From positions 57,824 to 121,823 of IMG/VR virus record IMGVR_UViG_3300021962_000035: a stretch of DNA of 64,000 nt. One strand, written 5' to 3'. A program made the position numbers and the translations under genes. The number at the start of each line of letters is the position of its first letter. Position 1 is the first letter of the stretch. This DNA comes from a virus. Shown here piece by piece: positions 39,501 to 48,274 of this stretch. Under the pieces are notes generated by a model. That model was not told the origin of the DNA. It ran no database searches and worked only from the letters and a program-made list of their open reading frames with translations.

Positions 39501-42078
39501 TGAATACGACTACTTAAAAGAAAATTATACCACAGAAAGAGCTAACATATCTAGAATAGTTCCTTATATAAATAAATGGGGATCCTCGATAGGAACAGAT
39601 TCTAGAGGTAACAGATATAGGTTAAACAGCAGTCCAGCTTTTTCTCCTACGAACTTTTCCCCGAGCTTTGATAGGATTCAGCCAGATCCGAAGTATTTAA
39701 CACATGAATGGTTCTTACTTGAGCAGCCTCCGAGATATTTCCCGAAGGAATTTATGAACGATCAGAACAGCTATCTCCCGCATAAGATAGATTTAACTAA
39801 AGCTAGAAGTTCAGATCCGGATGACTCGTTATATCTTTCATCATATTTTACTGTGGATCCTAGCGATTATGATTCAGAATTTAGTGATAGTAGTAACTAT
39901 ACTAAGGAATTGTTTACGCCTCTGGTATTCAACCAAGCTTCTGGATTTTATGAAACTATTTTCAGAGGGGTAAAAATAGTTTTAAAGAAAAGATCTGACG
40001 TAGAAAACACAGGAACTGTACAGAGTTTAAACTCCGACAGGTACATTAAGAATTACAGAGGATACGAGGATTATAAATTCTCTGCTATACTAAGAGCTAT
40101 ACCTGAAGATAATACGATCATACAGTCCCCAGTTAAATATAGCGTAATAGAAAATGAAGAGCAGAAATTCGTATTATTCGTATGCGACTTTATAGTAAAA
40201 GATCAGAAGGCTTTTGATCTAGGTTATACTGGAGGAACGGGCGGAAATCCTATATTAGATTACACTCTCCTTTACACACTAAACGATAAGGAAAAAATAA
40301 AAAGTCCGCTAGTTTCTTCGCAGAATTTTTATCAAATAGACGATATTAAATTAAGCGCAGCTTTGGATCTTTCCCTAAGTTCAGGAAGCTCTGTTAACAC
40401 TACCCAGAGCCCTGGTGTAATAAACATAGTTAGAAACCCTGAATATGATACTGATTTAAGGGAGGAAATACATTCGGTATATGTAGAAAATGCAGTGGGA
40501 GCAACCGGCGGTCCCAGCTCTTCCGGACCTTTAAGTTTTAGCGTTTCTGGTATAAATTCAACTTATCCCTGGCCTACTGGAGTTGGTCCATCCTTCGTAG
40601 AGTTTGGTAGAGTTGCAACCGGATCATCCTACTTATTCTCGATACCTTTCTCGACGTCTAACCCAGTTACGGTTCCGGTCGGGCCTTCTTCGGTATATAA
40701 AAAATACCCGGTTATACAGTCGGAGGGTGGAGCTAAATATTATAAATCCCTTTTGGGTAGATGCTCGGTTTCTTATATAGCTAATAAGTTCAATCTAGGA
40801 TCTCCTTACATATCATATAGAAGTTATGAATGGGATTCTGCTAATCAAATTACCATTGAGACTCCAGATTCATTCGAGCTTTATTTCGAGAAACCCACTA
40901 AAATAACTAAGCCTAGCGGATCTTTAGTAAGCAGATCTTATAACGGACCTCAGGCATTGAAGGGTGCTAGAGTAGAAACTGGATTTGTAATAAGAAAAGC
41001 TCAGATAGGTCTCCCTTCAATAATTACTAGGTATTCTGGTGAATATGAACCCCTTTTCAGAAAGGTTATTCACTTTGATAGAGATAAAACGGATACTATA
41101 GCTGGGTCCGATTCTATAGATCTCTCCTTCAGAAATTGCAATTTTGCACCGGACAAGAAATATTTCGGAATATCTAGGAATCTATCTTTCACAAAAGTTT
41201 CGCAGGGATCAGATATATTGGCAGCAGCAGTCCCTTATCCAGAAGGTCCTGTTTATCCATTGATTGGATTAACCCCAATAGACAAGAAAGACTTTAATTT
41301 ATTCTCATCATCATGGGATCCTGGATATTATAGCAGGTACACCAGTGCAACCGTGGGTAATTATGTTGCTGGTACTAGATCTATGCTCGAGTATAAGACA
41401 TTCTTTGGGTCTAAAGTTATGCAAACCCCAGATCCGGTACAGGTAAACAACTACATAACCCTCGAGATATCAAGAACCTCTGGATTAAAGAGTCCAAATC
41501 TTGTAAATGCTCAGATAGACAGCTATATAGAATCTGTACAGAATATCTCTAAAACAAATTCGAATACAGGAATAGGATCTGTTGGTCCTTATCTATCTGG
41601 TGTTGATTTTAATAAGTTGGATCTAAACATATTTCCCAATGCGGAGATAATTTGGCAGAATTTCCCGGAGCAAAGAAAGGTTAAGGGAATAATCAGATTG
41701 GATAGAATGCTAAGAAGATTTCTACTCAATTCAGGAATCAAGAAGGTGTTTATAGATAACATGATATCAGAATTTGGAGTAGGCGATCCCAAGTCAATAA
41801 ACGACGATGTTAACAACTACATCGACTTAAACGTTTCGCCTTTATACCAGGGTCAAGTTTTTAATTTTTATGTTAAAAAAGTTGCTAATGAGACGATACC
41901 AACTTCCCAATTAGTAAGAGGAGATTTATTCTCTTCCGATCGCTATAAACTGGAATATTTTATAGATAGCGACTATAAATTAATAACGAGAAGTAATTTA
42001 ACATACGAATTCGAATATCCGATGGATAAGGGATTTTCATATTCAATGATGTTCAATTTCACAATAAGTAAGATATAA
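36535..42078 (+). CDS. Very large putative structural protein with a CBM5/12-like module
   Basis: 1847 aa; WDNKTTYSADSIVLYDENYYKA...NP...W at about 38.5-38.64 kb resembles chitin-binding CBM5/12. Confidence 0.75.
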   Translation: MSQSRLFDYNSSFAVIRTNPKLTGNFKISVDSQGGVYFNSMNVNDTLSNDAFKNFNISGENSYATDVSDFFRNGKISNDLIFQVGNFTNGQAQSAQDFSDQYDFFYASGASSLADKNYPEDFSYFAPLWIKNEIPDFFVIFKLNDPLDYPYSKNVTTIEPLTKYKVIQDFDSSETFKIAYGKTPAGNDIYYSSGEVFTGKTSSTTYSVISGSGKVAIYNEIEYLSSVNDVSSTFRNKILNKATAIKTFDLRENTKIGKYIRALFNNDQFSNSPLEVSWGYDSYTYYKGASISDGVYTKKGELLNQYLSTSKSDPMIDLEDYVTSGFSRNGIVCPNLLNLEFFFDDDDSDLYTINRYIGMYVSRNDIASIRTNGNFFYEFRNMDGNENTPIPSRNNVGYYYNNTPYEIGATSGVRIFYENGSGFLPGSDNVNLLDPNKLFYVTDKNDSFYSLKRSEDYAVYGGTGPKYAYGPYSYTTETFSATGSTGATSGSLVLQNKTINLLNFTGSDDKLATIKGELALEPGRAYTEIEFLKAYDKEKPLTFKIFWPNGSMKEGPRRYDTVSSGDYSSILIWTGGSYYSTGNSYYFNASTGTTSEIASALASVIKDMDESTMDSGYDSSSSIIRVKNPGTYGNSAFSISVFGDYKSFEDKYAGTWDNKTTYSADSIVLYDENYYKASGSVGPTGGNQFSANPEQTTLWQEYSTFSYPGYLKINGTDASDLNKNVNFIGGTVNRNNRIIFSSSYSDLVLPGYYVNTESGYSMIESVNKFVDVPKVDPITRKPVGFVDFSYKLVLNLKDIYSQIDLGSDQSFNVYDSASLNIGVFTFFDMKEFNFDFWSSDYGYTPNPETYKYFEIQPNTQNSIEANVPYFVKKGQISYGGNIYNAGNLFYGATGYTSFSVSDPSLNLSASALTSSSSGTSNVPSGNVVVFPAQYSDVIYNSSTSTYSEINYTRDLEGFSGFLGIQGLLLDPKSANPTKEQVFYYGKLNTEYDYLKENYTTERANISRIVPYINKWGSSIGTDSRGNRYRLNSSPAFSPTNFSPSFDRIQPDPKYLTHEWFLLEQPPRYFPKEFMNDQNSYLPHKIDLTKARSSDPDDSLYLSSYFTVDPSDYDSEFSDSSNYTKELFTPLVFNQASGFYETIFRGVKIVLKKRSDVENTGTVQSLNSDRYIKNYRGYEDYKFSAILRAIPEDNTIIQSPVKYSVIENEEQKFVLFVCDFIVKDQKAFDLGYTGGTGGNPILDYTLLYTLNDKEKIKSPLVSSQNFYQIDDIKLSAALDLSLSSGSSVNTTQSPGVINIVRNPEYDTDLREEIHSVYVENAVGATGGPSSSGPLSFSVSGINSTYPWPTGVGPSFVEFGRVATGSSYLFSIPFSTSNPVTVPVGPSSVYKKYPVIQSEGGAKYYKSLLGRCSVSYIANKFNLGSPYISYRSYEWDSANQITIETPDSFELYFEKPTKITKPSGSLVSRSYNGPQALKGARVETGFVIRKAQIGLPSIITRYSGEYEPLFRKVIHFDRDKTDTIAGSDSIDLSFRNCNFAPDKKYFGISRNLSFTKVSQGSDILAAAVPYPEGPVYPLIGLTPIDKKDFNLFSSSWDPGYYSRYTSATVGNYVAGTRSMLEYKTFFGSKVMQTPDPVQVNNYITLEISRTSGLKSPNLVNAQIDSYIESVQNISKTNSNTGIGSVGPYLSGVDFNKLDLNIFPNAEIIWQNFPEQRKVKGIIRLDRMLRRFLLNSGIKKVFIDNMISEFGVGDPKSINDDVNNYIDLNVSPLYQGQVFNFYVKKVANETIPTSQLVRGDLFSSDRYKLEYFIDSDYKLITRSNLTYEFEYPMDKGFSYSMMFNFTISKI

Positions 42079-42081
42079 GAA

Positions 42082-43632
42082 ATGCCAAATACTAATATAC
42101 AATCTTTAAATTATAGCGACGATCAAAGTCAGATAGTATCTAAGTTAAATAATAACTTTGATGAGATTGTAGAGCTTCATGGAGGAACTCAAGGAACGAT
42201 AGGTATAACCGGACCAAGAGGAGCAATAGGAGACATTGGAAATTTTGGGCCCACTGGTATTTCTGGAGGCAGAGGGACCAGATGGTTTGTTTCCTCGTCC
42301 CAGCCTGCAGGATATGCACAGGAGGGAGATTATTGGATAGACACGAATAGCTCTATTTATATTTTAGAATCTAGCGGATGGAATTGGACCGGATATAATA
42401 TAGGGAATTCTTCCTCGCTTTTTAACGTTTCTAATTATTTCTATTCGGGTGGAACTGGATCTGCTATACAGCTAAATCAGGTTATACCACAAAATTATCT
42501 TTTCGTACTTAGTGACGTTACCCCAGAATCAGGGGTTCTTAATGAGCTACTTTCTAAGTTTTCGCTATCGACCAATTCATCAGTAAATGATTCTCCATTA
42601 TTAGAATTTTCAAGAAGTGACATAGAGGACGGATCGATAGCTGATTATTCTCTACATCCGGTTTTTTATTGGCCTTCAGCTATACCGACTGAAAATTCTT
42701 TAGGACTTAGAATTCCTGGTGGTGCTTTTAATATAGGGGTTTCCGGAGGATTTGAAGCTAGTTTTAATAGTCTAACAATAAATTCTCAGAAGGATACCAA
42801 TATAGATTATGGTGCTACTTCGGGGTCAGGAATCTTTGCTACCGGCGGTTATAACGTAAGTGCAGCGGGTGAGTTTAAGATCACCAGTAAATATATGAAT
42901 ATATCGGGAGGATCTGGTAGCATACTAGATCCGGTCCAGTCTGTTGTAACTTTACCCGGAACTTCCCCTCATGTTTATGTAACACCTACAGGGGTTACTG
43001 GGATAAGATCGTCTAGAACCGGAGACACTTATTCTAAACTTTCTCCTTCGGTTTATCATTTGTCTCTAGAAAGCTCTTCAAATAGAGAATTTTGGCTTTC
43101 CACTAAGGGTAAGCTAAGAACTAATAAAGTTAGAGAAAGCATCACATATTCTTCGATAACGCCAACTGCAACCGGTTCAAGCGGATCTACAAACCCGATA
43201 AATTGGTACTTCGTGTCTAGAACATCCGCCACCGGGGGTGCTTATTTAACTAACGGTAATACTGTTATAATAAATCCTTCCGGAACGACAAGTACCCTAG
43301 TAGGTATCGGATTATACAATTCTGCTGATGAAAACTGGGGAACTACTGGTGGATTAATGATGGGCCAATCCATAGATATTACAATCCACAATTCTTCTGA
43401 CGCTAGCGGATCCATTAACGGGTTTAAATATATTGGGGTTGGAACTGGAGCAACTGCTTCGTGTGTAACTAAAGTAACCCTACCATTCTATGCCAAGACC
43501 GTGGATCTTACAGTTGCTAGAGGAATGACATCGGGAGCACTAACCACTGTTTATTACAGAGCTTATGCGCCTTGGTCATACACAGGAGCTGTTGGATCAA
43601 CCGGAGGTTCTGGGGGATCTTTTACTTATTGA
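42082..43632 (+). CDS. Tail fibre paralogue 1 (gp9/gp10-like N-terminus, short collagen)
   Basis: SDDQSQIVSKLNNNFDEI, GXY run, RGTRW...GDYWID. Confidence 0.75.
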   Translation: MPNTNIQSLNYSDDQSQIVSKLNNNFDEIVELHGGTQGTIGITGPRGAIGDIGNFGPTGISGGRGTRWFVSSSQPAGYAQEGDYWIDTNSSIYILESSGWNWTGYNIGNSSSLFNVSNYFYSGGTGSAIQLNQVIPQNYLFVLSDVTPESGVLNELLSKFSLSTNSSVNDSPLLEFSRSDIEDGSIADYSLHPVFYWPSAIPTENSLGLRIPGGAFNIGVSGGFEASFNSLTINSQKDTNIDYGATSGSGIFATGGYNVSAAGEFKITSKYMNISGGSGSILDPVQSVVTLPGTSPHVYVTPTGVTGIRSSRTGDTYSKLSPSVYHLSLESSSNREFWLSTKGKLRTNKVRESITYSSITPTATGSSGSTNPINWYFVSRTSATGGAYLTNGNTVIINPSGTTSTLVGIGLYNSADENWGTTGGLMMGQSIDITIHNSSDASGSINGFKYIGVGTGATASCVTKVTLPFYAKTVDLTVARGMTSGALTTVYYRAYAPWSYTGAVGSTGGSGGSFTY

Positions 43633-43638
43633 TATATA
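43631..43638 (+). promoter_or_regulatory. GATATATA candidate late promoter
   Basis: Overlaps the TGA stop of the upstream gene; 31 nt upstream of ATG 43670. Confidence 0.55.
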
Positions 43639-43669
43639 CAATAACTTATTAAGAACTCCATAGAAAAAG

Positions 43670-45373
43670 ATGCCAGATTTAAAATTACTAAGAATAGAAG
43701 AAGGGGATAATCAGAAAAATTTAGTTGATAAAGTCAACTCAAATTTTTCTAACATTATAACTTTCGGAGGAGGACCTTACGGTAAGCTGGGACAGGAAGG
43801 TCCAGAGGGGGATAAAGGTGCAACTGGTCCGGTGGGTTCTTATGGTGATATGGGTGCTAGAGGAAGCATTTGGGTAGTAGGTATAACTAACCCGGGAACT
43901 ACTGGCTACATTAACGGCGATTTCTGGCTCAACCTTACACCCGGATCAGGAAATCAGATATATCAATTTTCTTCAGAAGCTTGGAGTCCTTATGGATTCA
44001 ATTTACTTTCACAAGATCTATTTAGGATATATCCAAACGTACCAACTTCAGCGGGGGATTCTTCTTATAATGGGTACCATTTAACATCCATAAATCCCTC
44101 CGACTACACATTGGTACTTAGCGACAATTCATTAGTTGGTGCAACTGCAAGTACAAATCCTCAATACTCTAAGCTAGTTCTATCTATAGACGGTGGAGCT
44201 ACCGGAAAGGGATTATTAGAGTTTAGTAAATATGAATATTCTTCTTCCCCTTCATTTACATCTAAAACACCTAGATTCCTTTGGTCCTCAACATCAACAT
44301 CAGCATCTCTTAAATATGGCCTAAGCTTAAGATTAGGAGATTCATTATTTATTGATATACCTAATGGTAATCTTGGATTAAATAACACTTCTTCAGCAGG
44401 AAGCAATCTAAGCCACAGATCTACCGGATTTAATTTATATCTCACAGAAAGTAGAGGACTATCGGTAACAACATCTGGTGATTTCATATTAAATTTTTCC
44501 AGCACTGGAACTGCTTTATTTTCTAATAGAAACATAACTTATACCGCATCAGCTGTCTCTGTTGCTGCAAATTTCAGTATTCCAGTTAGTCTTACTTTTT
44601 CCAATTCGTCTGCTGACTCTTTGCCTCCCCTTTGGCTTTCCAGCAGTTTGCCTAATGTTGGAGGATTAAGACACAGAACTAATGTAGCATCAAGTAGAAG
44701 TTCCAGTCTTTTTTACTTATATGGTCCTAGTGAATTTTATGTAGATGTTAGAGCAAACGGAGAATTCTGGTACAATAAAAGAATAAATTCAATACAGCCA
44801 GTTCAGAACGTCACTTCGATAGGTACTGGAAACGTTACTATTCCTTCTGGACCTACGGTTTCTACTCAATGGTATGCCGTTGTTCCTGGTGTCGTTTATG
44901 CTGCTGGAACACCTTCTCAAAGAATAAATTCAAATAACGGAATAGACTTTGTAGTAAATCCGGCTACTTCGGGTCCTTCTACCTCTACTGGAGTGTATTT
45001 ATGGACACCCGCAACGGGGGCAACTGCAGATTCTAATGGAGGATTTCTTAATCTTCTAAACGATCACGAATCTATAGAACTAAGAGTAAGAACAGCGTCA
45101 GAAAGTAAGTTCTTCAGATTTGTTGGTTTGGGTACATCAAACACTTTTTCAGATCTTCCTTACGTTCCTTACACGTCATATCAAGCAGCAGATCTTAGTG
45201 GTAGTAATTCTGTTGGAGCTTCTCATATAGATTTTACCATAATGAATATAACTGGAACAGGATCTACGGCAGGAACTAGCAGATGGTTTAAGGTCTACTA
45301 TAGTGCTTATGGAGGAAATTTGAATGGAAGTAAATGCGGAATACTATACACTACAGGATCAACAGCAATCTAA
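43670..45373 (+). CDS. Tail fibre paralogue 2
   Basis: GDNQKNLVDKVNSNFSNI, GXY run, RGSIW...GDFWLN, LLEFS. Confidence 0.75.
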   Translation: MPDLKLLRIEEGDNQKNLVDKVNSNFSNIITFGGGPYGKLGQEGPEGDKGATGPVGSYGDMGARGSIWVVGITNPGTTGYINGDFWLNLTPGSGNQIYQFSSEAWSPYGFNLLSQDLFRIYPNVPTSAGDSSYNGYHLTSINPSDYTLVLSDNSLVGATASTNPQYSKLVLSIDGGATGKGLLEFSKYEYSSSPSFTSKTPRFLWSSTSTSASLKYGLSLRLGDSLFIDIPNGNLGLNNTSSAGSNLSHRSTGFNLYLTESRGLSVTTSGDFILNFSSTGTALFSNRNITYTASAVSVAANFSIPVSLTFSNSSADSLPPLWLSSSLPNVGGLRHRTNVASSRSSSLFYLYGPSEFYVDVRANGEFWYNKRINSIQPVQNVTSIGTGNVTIPSGPTVSTQWYAVVPGVVYAAGTPSQRINSNNGIDFVVNPATSGPSTSTGVYLWTPATGATADSNGGFLNLLNDHESIELRVRTASESKFFRFVGLGTSNTFSDLPYVPYTSYQAADLSGSNSVGASHIDFTIMNITGTGSTAGTSRWFKVYYSAYGGNLNGSKCGILYTTGSTAI

Positions 45374-45384
45374 AGATATAAAAA

Positions 45385-47148
45385 ATGCACTTCAATACTA
45401 AATATATTTTAACGGGTGATTCAGCTTCTGAGATAAGGAAAAAGATCAATTATAATTTTGATCAGATCATATCCTTTGCTGTAGGTCCTGATGGCCACCA
45501 GGGTCCTAAAGGACCAGATGGTTACGACGGGCCTGCGGGTCATAAAGGTCTGACTGGCCTAACCGGATTAAGAGGAACTATTTGGTATAAACAGGACGAC
45601 CAGCCAGGAAATTCCAGCAATCCCTTTGATCTTTGGATAGACTCAAATACCAGCGATTATCAGGTAAATTCTAAAGGGACAAATGGTGCATGGAGTTACA
45701 CTGGGTATTCTCTATTTACATCCCCTTATTTTGCCTCTTATGATGGTATTATAGGACCAGCTGGAGTAACTGATAAATATGCTATTGGAATAAAGAGCGG
45801 AGTGGGTCTAACAGAATCCCTTACATCTCTGATAGTGGGGGATCTTGGATTAGGCACAACCGGAGCAAATCCGAATAGATCTAAACTCCTCGTATCTACT
45901 GAAGACCAAACAGCCAGACCAATATTTACGTTTTCTAAAACTGGAGCTATATCTTCGGGTGTTCCCGCTTTCTATTGGAGAACTTCCGGTGCTTCGGCAA
46001 GTTTAAGGTACAATTCTACGGGTGGATTAGAAATTTCTTCTTTATTAGGATTAAGCGTAGATTCTTATACTGCTAGAGCACTTCTATATGGTAATTATGC
46101 AAACATAACATCAACACAAAGCGTTACTATAGGAGGAACAGGTGATTTTTATTTATTCTCCAATACTACAGTTGGACAGGGTGGAAATTTTGCAGTGGAA
46201 TCAACCACCATGAGATTAACATCTTCACTTTTATCACTCTATAGGCCTACTAAAATATCAACCACTTCCACAACTGCTGCTAGTGGATTTGTACTAGACA
46301 CCACAAAAAATCTCCCTTCTGGTACTACTATCAGTGCAAGAGGGATAGAATTGTATGCTGCAGATTCTACCCCTAATGCTTTATTTGAGTTCAGAGATCT
46401 CAAAGACGCTCCTATATTTTCTGCAAGTCCTAGGGGTTCTTTAGATAGCGGTAAACACTCACAGGTTACCTTTGGGTCTACTGGGGGAGCAACTGCAGGT
46501 GCAACGGGTGGACCTTATTTTTATCACGTTAAAAGAGTTAAAGAAGTGAGGGGAGCTACAACTACTGTCACTTGTAGAGCCTGGACAGGAACCACTGTAA
46601 CTTGGCCTCCTGGACCGGTCTATAATGTAATGGACTTATCGTCTACTACTCTATGGGACAGCGACGTCATTTTAGTTACCCCTACTTCTTTTACCTTTGC
46701 TTCAAATAACTATGTTTTCATAAGAATACCTAGTTCATATTCCACAAATTTAGATGGCGTTTACTCTGGTGGATATGCCAATAAGTATAGAATATTCTTG
46801 AATGATATCACTACCTCATCTAGCTATGTTATAGCAGGTTTAGTTTATGATTACTTTACAAAGGCGGGCACTAATATAATTACAAATACCGCATTAATTA
46901 CTTTCAACGCACCAGGGGCATTCTCCACTGGTGATAAATGTCTATATGTTGATATCACCTATCTTGCTCCAGCAAGCACAACTAACGGAAACCCAAGAGT
47001 TTTCTGGAAAACGTGTAACGGAACTAGCGGATTCATAAATCTATCAAACATATACAGTATCGGTAGTATAGTTTCAACTGCTCCAAGTACCGCAGCATCG
47101 CAAACTATAGCAACAACAACAGCAAAAGGAGGAATAGTCTCTGCATAA
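45385..47148 (+). CDS. Tail fibre paralogue 3
   Basis: GDSASEIRKKINYNFDQI, GXY run, RGTIW...DLWID. Confidence 0.75.
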   Translation: MHFNTKYILTGDSASEIRKKINYNFDQIISFAVGPDGHQGPKGPDGYDGPAGHKGLTGLTGLRGTIWYKQDDQPGNSSNPFDLWIDSNTSDYQVNSKGTNGAWSYTGYSLFTSPYFASYDGIIGPAGVTDKYAIGIKSGVGLTESLTSLIVGDLGLGTTGANPNRSKLLVSTEDQTARPIFTFSKTGAISSGVPAFYWRTSGASASLRYNSTGGLEISSLLGLSVDSYTARALLYGNYANITSTQSVTIGGTGDFYLFSNTTVGQGGNFAVESTTMRLTSSLLSLYRPTKISTTSTTAASGFVLDTTKNLPSGTTISARGIELYAADSTPNALFEFRDLKDAPIFSASPRGSLDSGKHSQVTFGSTGGATAGATGGPYFYHVKRVKEVRGATTTVTCRAWTGTTVTWPPGPVYNVMDLSSTTLWDSDVILVTPTSFTFASNNYVFIRIPSSYSTNLDGVYSGGYANKYRIFLNDITTSSSYVIAGLVYDYFTKAGTNIITNTALITFNAPGAFSTGDKCLYVDITYLAPASTTNGNPRVFWKTCNGTSGFINLSNIYSIGSIVSTAPSTAASQTIATTTAKGGIVSA

Positions 47149-47158
47149 AAAATAAATT

Positions 47159-47434
47159 ATGATAAATATGACTGAATTATCAAAAAAAGAAAAAGAAGAG
47201 GTTTTAAATCTCTCTCAAGAGTTTATCAGAATCCACGGTGAAATACTAACTGTAGAGGAAACGATAAAGAAAATGGAAATTAGATCTTCCGAGCTTATAG
47301 AGGAATTAGAAAACTGCAGAGAAAGAGAAAGATATTTCAGCGAAAATCTAGCCAAAAAATACGGCGAGGGAAGTTTAGATCCGACCGGGTTAAAATGGAA
47401 AAAAGAAAATATTGTATATGAAATTACCAAATAA
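47159..47434 (+). CDS. Small coiled-coil protein (fibre chaperone-like, speculative)
   Basis: Heptad pattern ending in KKYGEGSLDPTG; probable start ATG 47168. Confidence 0.7.
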   Translation: MINMTELSKKEKEEVLNLSQEFIRIHGEILTVEETIKKMEIRSSELIEELENCRERERYFSENLAKKYGEGSLDPTGLKWKKENIVYEITK

Positions 47435-48263
47435 AGAAAAATTGTCACAGATTTCTGCTATTCTTTCCAGCAGGTTTTCTATGCTGGTTGTTATTGTTAT
47501 TCTTCTCCTCCTGTTTTTAAAACAATGCGGCGAAACCGCCCACATGGAAGCTGAAGCTAAAAGAGAACATAATAACTACTTAGCATCCTTGGATAGTGTG
47601 AGAACTATCAAAAGTGAAAATGGGCACTTGATTCAAGAGAAATCCGCTTACGAGTTAAAGGCTTCGGAACTATCTAAAAGCCAAAAAGAACTGATTCATC
47701 AATTGGGGCTGAAATCTAGCGGGAGAGGAAACACCCCAAATACAGTAATAAATGTTGTGACTGAAATTAGAGATAGCGTTAAGATTGCTTCTACGGTCGT
47801 AAAGGATCCGAACGGAGAAGAGTCAATTAATTTCTTGCACAATCCACAGATGCCAGGAAATAATAGATTGAAAATTACGGGTAAAACCCCATACACAATA
47901 AGTTTACATGTTGATCCGCTAGATTCCACCAAATATCTTGCCTCTATCTTACCAGGTCTTACATCTTTAAATCTTGAGCAAAACATAGATATTACTACCG
48001 GAATCTATAGAGATCCCAAAACTAAGAGAATGATGACCAGAGTTACTACCACTTATCCAGGTCTAACTTTTAATGATATAAATTCCTTTGACATAACTGA
48101 CAATGCGGATACTAGAAAAGCCCTTAAAGCAGCTAGAAAAGAATTTGGTTTAGGAGTTCAGTTAGGATACGGTATATCAGGATCACAATCTGGGATTTCC
48201 CCAGGTTTTTATATCGGATTTGGAGTTCATTATTCGCCTAAATTTTTACAGTTCGGAAAATAA
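47412..48263 (+). CDS. Membrane-anchored spanin-like protein (Bacteroidota-phage type)
   Basis: N-terminal hydrophobic helix ending LLLLFLKQC, coiled coil, C-terminal amphipathic hairpin FGLGVQLGYG...FYIGFGVHY. Confidence 0.55.
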   Translation: MYMKLPNKEKLSQISAILSSRFSMLVVIVILLLLFLKQCGETAHMEAEAKREHNNYLASLDSVRTIKSENGHLIQEKSAYELKASELSKSQKELIHQLGLKSSGRGNTPNTVINVVTEIRDSVKIASTVVKDPNGEESINFLHNPQMPGNNRLKITGKTPYTISLHVDPLDSTKYLASILPGLTSLNLEQNIDITTGIYRDPKTKRMMTRVTTTYPGLTFNDINSFDITDNADTRKALKAARKEFGLGVQLGYGISGSQSGISPGFYIGFGVHYSPKFLQFGK

Positions 48264-48274
48264 TTTAAAATTAA

